64,000 nt of DNA from Octopus sinensis (lineage: Eukaryota): contig NC_043019.1 in the NCBI RefSeq assembly GCF_006345805.1, forward strand, positions 7,563,360-7,627,359, read 5' to 3'. Below are positions 1 through 14,759 of this stretch, one piece after another. The translations under genes were made by a program, and so were the position numbers. The notes below the pieces were generated by a model that saw only the letters and a program-made list of their open reading frames with translations, had not been told where the DNA came from and did not search any database. Each line of letters opens with the position of its first letter. The first letter of the stretch is position 1.

Positions 1-32
1 TAGAGGCATAAGAATGTACACCTAAATAAATA

Positions 33-247
33 TACTTCTCTACTCTACGCACACGGGCTGAAATTTTATGGGAGAGGTCCAGTCGAGTAAAGCGACACCA
101 GTGCGCAGCTGGTACTAAATTTATCGACCCCGTAAGGATGAAAGGCAAAGTCGACCTCGGCGGAATTTTAACTCAGAACGTAACGGCAGACAAAATACGG
201 CTACGCATTTCGCCCGGCGTGCTAACGTTTCTGCCAGCTCACCGCCT
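33..247 (-). mobile_element. tRNA-derived SINE, family A, with 16-bp TSD
   Basis: Reverse complement reads ggcggtgagctggcagaaacgttagc...gagttaaaattcc...gtcgataaatttagtaccag. Flanked by tacacctaaataaata at 17-32 and 248-263. Confidence 0.85.
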
Positions 248-263
248 TACACCTAAATAAATA

Positions 264-470
264 AAGGGCACAAGGAGAGCAACTTCGGCAGGAGTGGGGG
301 GTAAATCGATTAAACTGACCCCAATATTTCACTGGTACATAATTTATCGATCGCGAAAGGATGAAAGGCAAAGTCGACCTCTGCGGAATTTGAGCTCAGA
401 AAGTAAAAGCGGATGAAATCCCGCTTAGCATTTTATCCGGCGTGCTAAAGTTTCTTCCAGCTCACTGTCT
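264..470 (-). mobile_element. SINE family A, older tandem copy
   Basis: Same motifs, more diverged; followed by tacacttaaata (471-482). Confidence 0.75.
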
Positions 471-667
471 TACACTTAAATATGTACATACAGCGAAATG
501 AATATTGACATACATTGAAATAAATAAGTTTATGTGTGTGTGTGAGTGAGTGTGTGTGCATACATACAATATACATACAAGATATGGATTTAACTTATCC
601 GGGAGTACTAACAAAAAATTTCCTTCAGTGGACCAGGCTACAAACTAAATATATTTATTTAACCAGT

Positions 668-712
<45 letters not shown>

Positions 713-1045
713 TGTATACATATATGTATTATAATTACGTAGATAGGTAGGTAGGTAGGTATATCACCTGTGAATAGTACAAAATTAATATTTACAACGT
801 TTGAAAAAATCCATCTACCAATATTAATGGAATTCTACATCGATTGCGTAGGCACCATCCTAGTAATGGTGATGATGCTGATCTCTCACAATGGTTCCAG
901 CACTGAAATACCTGAAAATGATGGAGAATAATGCAACTGATACGCATCAACGCACCTTGTATCTTGAAGGCAACGAAAACATTTTTTCTGTTATTTTGTA
1001 TTTTCGGATCCATTCCATACTCTCTTCATGTATTTGTTTCCGTAC

Positions 1046-1184
<139 letters not shown>

Positions 1185-1399
1185 GTACCCGAAAAGCAAT
1201 ATGTTTCATAGTGATGAATGCTCTTAGAGAGATGCGCGTTATCCTCTCCACACCTAAATTTTCTACCCCGTTGTTGAATATGCATACATACGTATATGCA
1301 CATGCGTATACGTACATGCATTCTACACCCATACACACACACACACCATTCTAGTTAGATATAGAGTCATATACATAATGTGGCATCGGTTCATACTCT

Positions 1400-1463
1400 G
1401 TATGCCTATTATATATATATGTGCGTATATATATATATATATGTTTCTATGTATGTGTATATC

Positions 1464-1502
<39 letters not shown>

Positions 1503-1532
1503 TATATATATGTTTTCTTGTATGTGTATATC

Positions 1533-1571
<39 letters not shown>

Positions 1572-1690
1572 GTTTCTATGTATGTGTATATCTATGTATA
1601 TATATATATATATATATGTTTATATGTATGTGTATATCTATGTATATATATATATATAATATATATACATATATACACACACATATATAT
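1400..1690. repeat. TA-based minisatellite
   Basis: About 4 copies of atgtttctatgtatgtgtatatctatg followed by (TA)n. Confidence 0.85.
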
Positions 1691-2209
1691 ATCTTTTTCC
1701 AAAATAAAAAAACTACACTTTGATGCCGTATATTGATTATAATCTTTAGCTGTTTTATTGGATTTTTTTTTTTGTTTCCTTGATTTTTTTTTTCTTTATT
1801 TGTTTTTACCATTTCAAGCCGCATATACTCTCTTGAATATTGTATTCTCTTGCCACAGGGTACAAATCTCAAGTACAATAAACAGACAAACAAAGGCCAC
1901 ATCTACCTACCACCACCACCACCACCCCCACCCAGCACAATCACCACAACTGCAAAAAAAAAATATGGCGAAATCAAATATCAAAGAAAAAAAAAAGAAA
2001 AAGAAAACCAATGGTTGAAATTTTCAGATGTATCTATAGAATTCCAAGACTACAGAAGTACAGATCTGATGCCACCCATCCTTCCTTTCTGAGAATAGAA
2101 TTCTGATTACGATCCATGATCCATTTCTTGTTCAATTTCTTTCTGATATGATATGATATTTTACATTATCTGCCGAAAAAGGAATTCGCTTTTTCTTTTT
2201 CGTTTCTTT

Positions 2210-2545
2210 TTTATACATTATTATTATTATCATCACTATCGTTACCACTATTATCATTATTATTATATTTTTATTATTACTATTATTATTTTTATTATTA
2301 CTATTATTGTTGTTATTATTAGTAGTATATTTTTATTATTACTATTATTAATTTTATTATTATTATTGTTATTATTATTATATTTTTATTATTACTATTA
2401 TTATTATTATTATTGTTATTATTATTATATTTTTATTATTACTATTATTGTTATTGTTATTATTATTATATTTTTATTATTGTTATTATTATTATTGTTA
2501 TTATTATTATATTTTTATTATTACTATTATATTATTATTATTATT
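2210..2545. repeat. (TAT)n-derived minisatellite
   Basis: Recurring tatttttattattactattatt units. Confidence 0.85.
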
Positions 2546-2964
2546 GTTGTTGTTATCATGAAGATCATTTTGCATGATTCTATATAAAATACTATCGGAG
2601 AAAGAAGGGTGGAGGTAGGAAAGAAACGCAGCAGAAAGAGCAGCATCCATAACGGTAAGAATTACGAAGGTGTCGGCATTGTGATGGCAACAGCAGCAGC
2701 AGCAGCCACAGGAGTTGCAGCAATGCCAACAGAAGAAGCATTCTTAGAAAGAAAAGAAGAAAAAAAAAACAAAACAAAAAACCGTTGAAGATGCCTGGAT
2801 ACGATATTGATGTTGTATGATTTGGCTGCAGGTAATTTTACCCGTGTTCTTAACAAAAGTCACATGATACTTTTAACCAGTGCAAGACATTGTTTCCAAA
2901 GTTACTATCTGCGAGGCGAAGGATACAATAGGAAATATTCGATGGAAATCAATACGTATATCTG

Positions 2965-2970
2965 TAGATG

Positions 2971-3002
<32 letters not shown>

Positions 3003-3035
3003 TATACCTATATATAAGTATATATATATATATAC

Positions 3036-3075
<40 letters not shown>

Positions 3076-3088
3076 TATATATATATAT

Positions 3089-3131
<43 letters not shown>

Positions 3132-3400
3132 TAAATATATATATATATACACATATAATATATATATATAATATAACATATATATATATATATATATATA
3201 ATATAATATATACGTATTCACACAAACACACAGATATATGTATATAATCCATATATATATGCATGTACATATATTTATATGCATGTATTTATACATATTC
3301 TAAGAGAGAGAGAGAGAGAGCAGTATACATGTTGCTATATAATATATATATATATGTATATATATATTATATTTATATGTGTATATATATATATATATTA

Positions 3401-3443
<43 letters not shown>

Positions 3444-4020
3444 ATAAATATATATATATATTCATATATGTGTGTATAAATATATATATATATGTGGTGT
3501 GTGTATAAATATATATATATATGTGTGTGTGTATATATATATATATCATATGTGTGTATATATATATATCATATATGTGTGTATATATATATCATATATG
3601 TGTGTATATATATATATATCATATATGTGTGTATATATATATATGTATATATTATATATGTGTATATATATATTATAAAAGAGTAAAAAGAGTAATATGT
3701 GTGTATATATACATATATATTATATATATGTATGTATGTCTATATATATATATATATATATATATCATATATGTGTGTGTGTATATATATATATATATAT
3801 GCATACAAATATATATTTATGAATGTATATATATATATATATATATATATCCATACATACGTACATATATATGAATGTATGTGTATATATATGTACATTT
3901 ATATATATCCATACATACGTACATATATATGAATGTATGTGTATATATATGTACATTTATATATGATTATATATTTACATACATATATATATAACATATA
4001 TATATACATATATTTATAGC
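2965..4020. repeat. Compound (TA)n/(TG)n microsatellite-minisatellite block
   Basis: Direct inspection; includes a two-copy ~59-bp unit at ~3850-3960. Confidence 0.9.
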
Positions 4021-4258
4021 AAATATGTGTATGCATGTATACATATGAATGTTCGAAATATTTGCTGAGGGTTCTTTTAATAAAAGGTCGATGGTATAAC
4101 GACGTTTGAATGAATGATTCCGAATTGGCCCCAACACATTGTATCTGCGCTTTCCGACATCTTTTTCTTGCTTCTTCTCTTTCTACCTGTTGAGTTGTGT
4201 AACGTAGGTGTGTGTGTTCATGTAGTCATCGGTCTTTCTACCTAACTTCAGCTGTTTC

Positions 4259-4317
<59 letters not shown>

Positions 4318-4337
4318 CACTTCCTCTCACGCTTTCG

Positions 4338-4378
<41 letters not shown>

Positions 4379-4993
4379 CGAAAATAGGTATTTTTTAAGA
4401 AATATTTTATACAAATACATTTCAAACGGTGTAGATTACGATTACAAAGAAATTTGTGGGAAAAATTTTTGGAAGGGGGCGAGGAGGGGGGAAGTTTCTA
4501 GAAAACGGAGTTTGGGATCAAACGGCTTTCATAAGTTTGGATTTCTCCGTTTTAGACGGGGAATTTTTCCAATGTTTTTCACCAAAGTCTTCAGAATAAT
4601 GGGAGACATATTTTTACGAAACCAAAAATGAAAAAAAAACTCACTCCCCTTGCCCCTTCACCACCCCAGTCCGAAATGATTTCGGCCATTTTTTTTTCAC
4701 AACACACTTAAAACCCGGGAGAAAAACATTTTCGGTTTTAAAAAAAATTGTAAATAATTTCAGAGGAAAATGTATGATTTAAGGGAGATCTGGCTGTTGT
4801 TTTTAGCACATCCCAAAATCGTTTCTTTCTCACTCACGCATCTATTGATATTTTTCAATATTGCTCTCCCCACAAACAAATTTTATTGAATGATGATGTC
4901 AAAGCAACACACGTGTAGACCCAACCGTCTGTTGTAAGAAAAAAAAAACACCTAAAAACATCTTTTGTTTTCATATTAATCTGTCAAATGTCT

Positions 4994-5088
4994 GGAGGCG
5001 CAATGGCGCAATGGTTAAAACAGCGGACTCGTGGCCATAGGATCGCAGTTTCGTTGTGTGTGTTTATTGAGCGGAAACACTTGAAGTT
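4994..5088 (+). mobile_element. SINE family C, 5' fragment
   Basis: ggaggcgcaatggcgcaatggttaaaacagcggactcg head, homologous to 27031. Confidence 0.75.
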
Positions 5089-5156
5089 TTACCCGTGATT
5101 ACTTACGCATGCATATGTGTACTTTCGCATACTTGCTCAGTGTGTTAGACTTAAGC

Positions 5157-5482
5157 GGAGGAGCAATGGCCAAGTGGTTAAGGCAACGGACACACGGTCG
5201 TAGGATCGTGGTTTCGATTCCCAGACAGGGTGTTGTGGGTGTTTATTGAGCAAAAACACAAAGCTCCACGAGACTCCTGCAGCAGGAGGAGGGGGCGAAC
5301 CCTGCTGTACTCTTTCACCACAACTTTTTCTCACTCTTTCTTCCTGTTTCTGTTGTACCTGTATTTCAAAGGGCCAGCATTGTCACACTGCGTCACGCTG
5401 ACTCTCCCCGAGAACTACGTAAATGGTACACGTGTCTGTGGAGTGCTCAGCCACTTGCACGTTAATTTCACGAGCAGGCTGG
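5157..5482 (+). mobile_element. SINE family C, near full length
   Basis: Colinear with 27031-27409; A-box (tggccaagtgg) and B-box-like (gtttcgattcc) motifs. Confidence 0.85.
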
Positions 5483-6234
5483 TAATGGATGGTGGGTGTT
5501 CACTCATAATTTTGCCTTTCGGATTTGCCTTGTTGCCCAACCGCAGTGATTTTGGTTTCTTGTCATCAGTTCTAGGACGTAAAACCTACCATTGAATGCT
5601 CCTCTTTAGGTTTCTTCTCATTGTTGCTGCATGCACTGGTGCTGCTGCTGTTGCCCCTGTATATATTCTCAGCATTTAGCAACATAACGAAATGCTAAAC
5701 GCAAAAAGTTAGTTATTGACATCGATGTTTTAGACGTCCCAGCAATGAGTTACAGTTAAACGCTAAAGAAAGTACTAAGTCTAGACAGGAAACGAAATAT
5801 TAATTGCATTTAGAATATAGCACCTCAAATCTGATATACTGAGATTATATTTGCAACGATTACTCACTAATACGGCTGTTTATAAATAGAAATCTATTGC
5901 GAAATATCCTCCTTGGAATTACAAAAGTATCCAGAACAGAATGATGGTAAGATAAAACTGATAATAACGAAACATGAGCGCATCGAAGAATATTGTTTTC
6001 CACCTCCAAGAAAACCAATAGATACGTAGTTGAGGCTGTAATAAGAGATGATACGAAGAAAATTGATAAACGATTTTAGAAAGTCTAAGAGTGAGAATAC
6101 AGAATGGTGTGATGGAGAAATGGTAGAGAAAAGTCTTTATATAATCAAAATAGGATAAAACTGGATAGAACGGAAGTAGACATAAGAAACTTCCAACATT
6201 GACTGAGAAGCGGGGCTAGTAATTTTGTGATGGG

Positions 6235-6350
6235 AGGGGGGGAATTAGTCGATTAAATCGATCTCGTTACATGATTGGTTCTTTGTTTTATTGACCCCAG
6301 AAATGATAAAAGTCAACGATGACATCGATGGGCTTCGAACTCAGAAGGTA
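6235..6350 (-). mobile_element. SINE family A remnant
   Basis: Diverged attgacccc...gataaaagtcaac...gaactcagaa motifs. Confidence 0.55.
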
Positions 6351-6921
6351 GAAGCTTAAACGACTGGAAAAATTGCTGGACGGTGAAGGATCTTGCGCGA
6401 AACACTGACCGTTCTATCAGCTAAGGATGATGATGGTGATGATGATGATGACGACCTACAGAGATGAGGGTATTCATGGTGACGATGACTATAAGAATGA
6501 TGATAAAGATGATGATGACGATGTTGATGACGACGACGACGACAACGACGATGGCGGCGGACGACGATGATGACTACGACTATAGAGACAATGAGGATGA
6601 TGATGATGACTATTATAGGGATGGTGATGAAGATGATGATGACGATGTTGATGATGATGTAAAAGTCAAAGAAAAAACCATGCGAAAAGAAAATAACTGA
6701 AGAATGGAATGGTTGATGCGTCACTTTAAAACACATCCTCGTAATAGAGGTAACATCTCAACACTGACGCCATGCCCACCACGACCATCACCACCATAGC
6801 AACTACTACCACCATTTTCACCGCGCATAGCTCCTCTCTTTCTCCCCCTCTCTCTCTCTCTCTCTCTCTCTTCTTTCTCTTTATCAATAGACAAGAAAAA
6901 AACACTTAATCAACCAAAAAG

Positions 6922-6975
<54 letters not shown>

Positions 6976-7376
6976 TGTAGCAAAAAAGTGTTGCTAGGAA
7001 GATTTCAGCTTCGAGAGTAAAAGCTGAAACAAAAATGAAAATAGAATTAACCAGAATTTAGTTATAAATTTTCCTTTGAATTAATCAAGGAATCTATCTC
7101 AGACAATGGATTTTGGCGATTTATTGCGAAAAAGCATTTCCCCTTTCAGATGCCTGGTAATTGGATTACGAAAAAAATGCTGGGAAGTTTCCATGGAAAC
7201 AAGAGAAAACGACAATTAAGTTAATTCATTAGAAAATTTGCTTATTTTCTCACTTTTACTCTCTCTCTATTCACGTCATGTTCTCGCGAGAGTATATTTC
7301 TCTAATTTTGAAAGTAGCAAGAAAATTAAGGTGTGAGAACATGAGTGTAGAGAATATGGATGTATATATGTATGCA

Positions 7377-7379
<3 letters not shown>

Positions 7380-7423
<44 letters not shown>

Positions 7424-7562
7424 TATATAATATATATATATATATAATAGATAAGTATACACGTATATATATATATATACATTATATATAGACACGCACT
7501 CCCATATATACATATATATATATATACATTATATATATACCATATATATACATTTATATGTA

Positions 7563-7622
<60 letters not shown>

Positions 7623-8011
7623 AATATACGTTTATGCACTTTAAGCATGTATGCATGTGAATGTATAAATATGCATATTCCTGTAGCAATGTAGGTTGGC
7701 GAGAAATCGTATATGCATGTAAATATGGATGGATATCTGCATGTGCGTCTGCATAAATGTGACAATGCACGGACGCATATCTGTAGATAGTTAAACGCGG
7801 ATTGGTGATAGCGTTTCTGTAGAAATTTACGCAAGTGCGAATGTATGAGCGTATCTATAAATATTGGCATGCATATGTATAAGTTTATATTCGGTGCAAC
7901 AGGTAAAAGAATACACGAGAAGTTTGTGTGTATCCTTGTGTGTGTGTATGTGTGTGTAAATCTGTGTGTGCACGCTAGATTTGGCGTGTTGCATGTCTAT
8001 GGGCATACATA

Positions 8012-8073
<62 letters not shown>

Positions 8074-8179
8074 TACATATTATAGATAGATATACACGTA
8101 TATATAAATATATATATACATATTATAGATAGATATACACGTATATATATATTATAGATAAATATACACGTATATATAC

Positions 8180-8237
<58 letters not shown>

Positions 8238-8480
8238 ATATATATATATATATAATAGATAAGTATACACGTATATAAACATGTGTATATATATGTATAT
8301 ATTATAGATAGATATACACGTATATATACATGTATGTATATATATATATATATATATTATAGATAGATATACACGTATATATACATGTATGTATATATAT
8401 ATATATATATATATTATAGATAGATATACACGTATATATACATGTATGTATATATATATATGTATACATATATGTATACA
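7380..8480. repeat. (TA)n block with tattatagatagatatacacgta minisatellite units
   Basis: Units at ~7440-7560 and ~8080-8450, separated by more complex sequence. Confidence 0.8.
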
Positions 8481-8956
8481 TATACATTCCTGTGTGTTAA
8501 ATTATTTTTATGTTATCAACCACATACACACTGGTCTGACATGCCGAACAATACATATATATATATATACACACACGCAGGAATGTGTATAGCCCCAAAC
8601 CGTACTTATCTAACGCTGTGACAACATTGTGTTGTAAAACCATTTTTATCATAATTACGCGGCAAAATTATTTTTCATTTCTCTGTTTTCACAATGTTTA
8701 ATTAGGATCGGGATAAATATACATTGTATACCCACACGCATACACAGCACACATGCGTACACTTCGCCAAGCACGCACGCGTCAGGGCATACAAATACGC
8801 ATATATAGACATATATAGATACGTGTATACACACCCTTGTTCACATGCTGATATTTCGATTCAGATATACACACATGCATGCATATTTATATATATATAT
8901 ATCAATACATATATATAGATATGTATTTATATACAAACATATATGTATGCACATAT

Positions 8957-9019
<63 letters not shown>

Positions 9020-10313
9020 ATATGTGTGTGTGTGTGTGGTGTGTGTGTGTTTGTGTGTTTGTGTGTTTATGCATGCGTGTGTGTAGGTGTGTCCGCATAT
9101 TAATATATACATGTACATTTGCATATTTTAGGATAGCTTGTATTATCTTTAATTGGACATTATGCTAATCAGTACATACTATATGGATGTTGAAATTTTA
9201 ATGCGCATCTACTAAACAAATCCTCCTTACACCTTCATACGTGGACATTACATTACCGTGCTATACTTTGTTTGTTTGTTGTAATTTATTCTATGTATTT
9301 AATTCTGTATTCGTTAGAATTAATCCTGTAGAAAGGATAAGTAACAGAACGAAATTTCTTCGGTTTTTAAGTAGCTTTGCTTTTGTGATCGCTAATGCTC
9401 GGCATAGAGAATATCATTAACTGTACGACAATGATACGGCACTGAAGCTCTAGGAATACATCTCCTCCATCGATTTTCAATTACAGCCGGAATCAGATTA
9501 AATCATTCTAGTTATTCTAGTCAACTAGTCGTTAACTGAACTACATGTAGTTAAATAAACATTTGTTATATCGCACCAGAAAATGAAATGGCGATGATTA
9601 AGACCTTTGTAGCGAGTAGAAACAAAACGAAATGTTTATGCCGGACACTTTATTCAGTCTGTGAAGTATATTTCACTTTTTCAAACCTGCGTCAGATTAG
9701 TTTAATCCCCCCGGAGGCACACCACGTAGTTGTTAATCCTTTGTTGATAAATTAGAGTAATAATAAGCACCCGAAAGGGGTCGCGAACAGCGACGAAAGT
9801 ATTGTGACTAACAAGCAACCGATTGATTGATTGTTTAACTAGAACATTAAACAAGCGATCGATTTAGTTAGATGGCAAGATATTTAACCAATTAACTAAT
9901 AATAAAGAAGTGAAACTGAACCTGTCCGTGTGATGCTATTATTATTGGCGTAATGACTCTCCCAAGGCAACAAAATTTATTTCAACACACGACTTCACAT
10001 CAAGAATCTTGCGAACCGAATACAAAAACGATGCAAGAGTAATAATACGTTCTTTTTTAATTTTTACACAATTGCTAATGAAATAAACGCAAGTTTCGAG
10101 ATATATATTTTGTTTACAGATTAATTCTATCATAGAGAAAACTCCACGAAGTAGAAACTATAAATGGCGCGACGATTTTATTATGATTCAACTCAACGTG
10201 ACTGACTGCTATGTATAATTTGGGTTCACAAGACACTGAGGATGTTTGAGCTTAAAGAATATACGTTTGTCGAGAAAGACACACGACGGCGTTAATATAG
10301 AATGATACATGAA

Positions 10314-10890
10314 GGCGGCGAGCTGGCAGGAACGTTAGCGCGCCGGGCGAAATGCTTAGCGGTATTTTGTCTGTCGTTACGTTCTGAGTTCAAATTCCGC
10401 CGAGATCGACTTTGTCTTTCATCCTTTCGGGGTCGATAAATAAAGTACCAGTTTCGCACTGGGGTCGATGTAATCGACTTAATCCGTTTGTCTGTCCTTG
10501 TGGGCAGTAAAGAAATAAGAAACGTTAGTACCCCGGGCGAAATGCTTAGCGGTATTTCGTCTGTCGTTACGTTCTGAGTTCAAATTCCGCCGAGGTCGAC
10601 TTTACCTTTCATTGATAAATTAAGTACCAGTTACGCATTGGGGTCGATGTAATCGACTTAATACCTATGTCTGTCCTTGTTTGTCCCCTCTGTGTTTAGC
10701 CCCATGTGGGTAATAAAGAAATAGGTATTTCGTCTGCCGCTACGTTCTGAGTTCAAATTCCGCCGATATCGATTTTGACTTTCATCCTTTCGGGGTCGAT
10801 TAAATAAGTACCAGTTTCGCACTGGGTCGATGTAATCGACTTAATCCGTTTGTCTGTCCTTGTTTGTCTCCTCTGTGCTTAGCCCCTTAG
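10314..10890 (+). mobile_element. Three head-to-tail SINE family A copies
   Basis: Copies start at 10314, ~10519 and ~10723, each later copy more 5'-truncated. Confidence 0.9.
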
Positions 10891-11623
10891 AATAATACAC
10901 ACACAAGTCTTTCTCTGTTGCAAGTGAATTTCTTTCACATTTGAACATAGAAAATAAAAACCCACCAGGGGACACATTAAATTGGTAATACATCGTTTAG
11001 GCGAGTTTAGGTTTGTTTATCTATACCTACTTGTCGTTCAAAGGCACAAAGACACAACTAGTCACATACACACACACGTACACACACACACACACAATGT
11101 GTGTGCGTGCGTGTTATTGTGTGAATATACATCCCATAGTGTGAATGACCACTAACGTGTTATGTCTACGCTTGATGTGTTCTTGATGGTGTGTGTACGT
11201 GTGCCCATGTGCGTGTGCCCATGTGCGTGTGCTCGTGTGCGCCCGTGTGTGCCCGTGTGTGCGAGAATACCTCTGATAGTGTGAGAGATGAATAACATGT
11301 TATGTCCACGCTTGATATGTGATGGTGTGTGTGTTTATCAAAAGATCTAACATACGTATTTACAATATGGTTTTTTTTTATGAAATAGACATCAATTCTC
11401 AGTAAAGAAGGAATATGTGCTACGAATTCATGATTTATTCAGGAACATCATTCTTATTTCTCTTCTCACTGCAGATGGTATCTGCTGCTGCTGCTGTTGC
11501 TGCAGTAACCGTTAACCATTACACTCCCTCGCTGAAATTCCGCTTACAAAACGAAACACATCACACAAGACATACGAAGCTCTGCTCTGCGTTGTGCAGT
11601 CATTGTACACTTTACGTTGCATA

Positions 11624-11793
11624 GGCGCAGGGGTGTGACTGTGTAGTAAGTAGCTTGCTAACCAACCACATGGTTCCGGATTCAGTCTCACTGCGTGGCA
11701 CCTTGGGCAAATGTCTTCTACTATAGCCCCAGACCGACCAAATCCTTGTGAGTGGATTTGGTAGACGGAAACTGGACGAAGCCCGCCGTATAA

Positions 11794-11851
<58 letters not shown>

Positions 11852-11879
11852 TTATACGACGGCTTCGTATATATGTATA

Positions 11880-11917
<38 letters not shown>

Positions 11918-11945
11918 GTGTCTGTCCCCCAACATCGTTTGACAA
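11624..11945 (+). mobile_element. SINE family B (tRNA head, CORE-like ccttgggcaa motif, internal microsatellite), 3'-truncated
   Basis: ggcgcaggggtgtgactgtgtagtaagtagc...ccttgggcaaatgtcttctac...(TA)n(TG)n. Confidence 0.85.
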
Positions 11946-12034
11946 TCCAAAGGACCAGCTTTATCACATTCTTCCTCAAAACTACCTTAAGAGTACGCTG
12001 TCTTCGAGTACTCGGCTATTGGCACCCTTACTAT

Positions 12035-12240
12035 TTCACTGGTTTCAGTCATTTGACTGCGGCCATGCTGTAGCACCGCCTTTAGTCGAGCAAATCAACC
12101 CCAGGACTTATTCTTTGGCAGCCTGGTACTTATTCTATCGGTCTCTTTTGCCGAACTGCCAAGTAACGGAGATGTAAACACACCACCATCGGTTGTCAAG
12201 CGATGTTGTGGGGATAAACACAGACACACACACACACACT

Positions 12241-12272
<32 letters not shown>

Positions 12273-12425
12273 CGACGGGCCTCTTTCAGTTTTCGTCTAC
12301 CAACTCCACTCACATGATTTTTATCGGCCCAAGTCTGGAGAAGACATTCACCCAAGGCGACACGCAGTGACACTGAACCCAGAACCATGTGGTTCGTAAG
12401 CAAGTTACTTACTACACAGCCACTA
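12035..12425 (-). mobile_element. SINE family B, full bipartite copy
   Basis: 3' half at ~12035-12220, internal (CA)/(TA)n, head at ~12270-12425. Confidence 0.85.
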
Positions 12426-12444
12426 CTACACCTTAGCTCCTCCT

Positions 12445-12630
12445 ACACGTTAATTTCGCGAGCAGGTTGTTCCGTTGATCGCATCGACTCGAACCTACGC
12501 TGTCATGACCGACGGAGAACAAGGTAAGTTCAAATGCTACCGAGCTCCACATTGCCTTTCATATCTCCAGGGTCGATAAAATAAAATACCAGTCAAGTAC
12601 TGAGGTCGATTTAATCGATAATCCCCGCTA
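12445..12630 (+). mobile_element. SINE C 3' fragment followed by SINE A fragment
   Basis: cacgttaatttcgcgagcaggttgttccgttgatc (C), then gttcaaatg...ggtcgataaa...accagt (A). Confidence 0.6.
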
Positions 12631-12929
12631 ACTTGAGATTACATTCAAGACATACAAATATGCGAAGGTATATCCATTCGATACGTTAGCGAATCTGCTA
12701 ACCCACTGCCCTTTCAGCACTTCCATATCGATATCGATCCACTCTGCAGTTGAAACTGTGTGATTATATTTATCAGATAGTCGGTTTATTTAGACAATAT
12801 TCGATACGACAAGATATTTCGAGAAAGGTCAATTGCTCTCATAGTTGCAATTTGTGGCAGATTTTTCATTAAATCTATAAATCGGCATTCCTATAGTTCT
12901 CTCTCTCTCTCTCTCTCTTCTCTATACAT

Positions 12930-13051
12930 ATATGTGTGTTTGTGTATACACATATATATATATACATAGAGGTGCATTAATTTTTTTCTTTGTTACAATT
13001 TCTCTCGTTCGTTCTCTTGTATGTCGTACTGTATCCACCTCTCAATATTCT

Positions 13052-13095
<44 letters not shown>

Positions 13096-14050
13096 ATCTC
13101 TTTCTTCCCCTTTTCTCTCTCTGCGTCTCTTGATTCATTCTTTATGCATTTCCCTCTCCTTTCTTCTTTCTCTTCCTCTCTGACAATACAAAATACATAC
13201 GCACAAGCATACATAGATCCGTGTATATAATATATATATATAATATATATAGATACATACATGCATACATATGTGTAGTATATATACATACATACAAACA
13301 TATACACATATATACACATGTATATATACATACATATATACACATAAATATGTATATGCATATATATTTTTGTATATATATACATATGTATAAATGCATA
13401 TATATTTGTGTATATATAATACATATGTATAAATGCATATATATATATATGCATGTATATATACATATGTATAAATGCATATATATTTGTGTATATATAT
13501 ATATATATATATGCATGTATATACACATATGTATAAATGCATATATATTTGTGTATATATATATATATATATATATGCATGTATATACATACATATGTAT
13601 AAATGCGATATATATATATATATATATATGCATGTATATATATACATATGTATAAATGCATATATATATATGCATGTATATATACATATGTATAAATGCA
13701 TATATATTATATATGCATGTATATATACATATGTATAAAATGCAATATATTTGGTGTATATATATATATATGCCATGTATATATATATACTATGTATAAT
13801 GCATATATATTTGTATATACTATATATATTTGTATATACATATATATTTGTATATACATATATATTTGTATACTATATATATATATATATATATATATAA
13901 TATGTATAAATGCTAGTTTTATATATTTGTTAGACATATATATTGTATAATATTATATATATATATAAATGACATATATATTTGTAGACTAATATATATT
14001 TGTATCAATATATATATATATATATATATATATACTATATATATATATAC
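12930..14050. repeat. (CT)n and TA-based minisatellite block
   Basis: Repeated catatgtataaatgcatatatat units at ~13380-13740. Confidence 0.9.
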
Positions 14051-14759
14051 GTATATACATCACATGCGCGCACACACGCACATCCGCGCACGTATACACA
14101 TACCCTCACACACATACGAAGATTAATTATCACTCGTTAATCTGATTGTAATTACGAACACATTTCAAAGCAGCAACAGCAACAACAACCATATCATCAT
14201 CATCATCATCGTTATCATCATTATAATGGACAGCAACAACTACAGCTACTACTACAACAACGACTGCAACCCCGAGAGCAGAGAGCAGCAGAAGCTCATC
14301 AAATAGCAATGACTCACAACCACTACAACCACCACTGCCTCCACTCTATCCGCTACCACTGCTACTTTTGCGATTGACACTACTACAACTATTAATACTA
14401 CTACAGTTGACACTACAACTAATACTGCTACTTACTACTACAACTCATACTACAATTAATATTAGTAGCACTATGATCACTACTACTGCTGTTGTTTTTT
14501 CTACCACTACTACCACTGCTACTACCACTACTACCAGGATGACATCCACTGTTGCTGCTACCTCTGTTGCCACTACTACTACCACCACTAGCGATCTCTC
14601 TCTCCTTTATCTCTCTCTTTCCCATTTTTTCTCTCTCTCCTTCCCTCTTTTTCTTTGACCCTAACCCGACCTCTATGAACTCCACTTCACGTCATGGTTC
14701 AGTCTTTCTCTTCCATACTCCGTTCTAATCAACGAATCTTTTGTCGTCATCTTCAATGA

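Noticed and set aside
1845-2092. Acceptor-like ttgccacag followed by an open frame (GTNLKYN...PPPP...)
   Set aside because: The frame is built largely of (CCA)n and poly-A; no donor and no recognisable homology.
6975-7035. gaagatttcagc...gctgaaac as an HHR remnant
   Set aside because: No core or stem I.
11455-11624. Strong acceptor followed by MVSAAAAVAAV...
   Set aside because: Short, partly (GCT)n, runs into a SINE; no other support.
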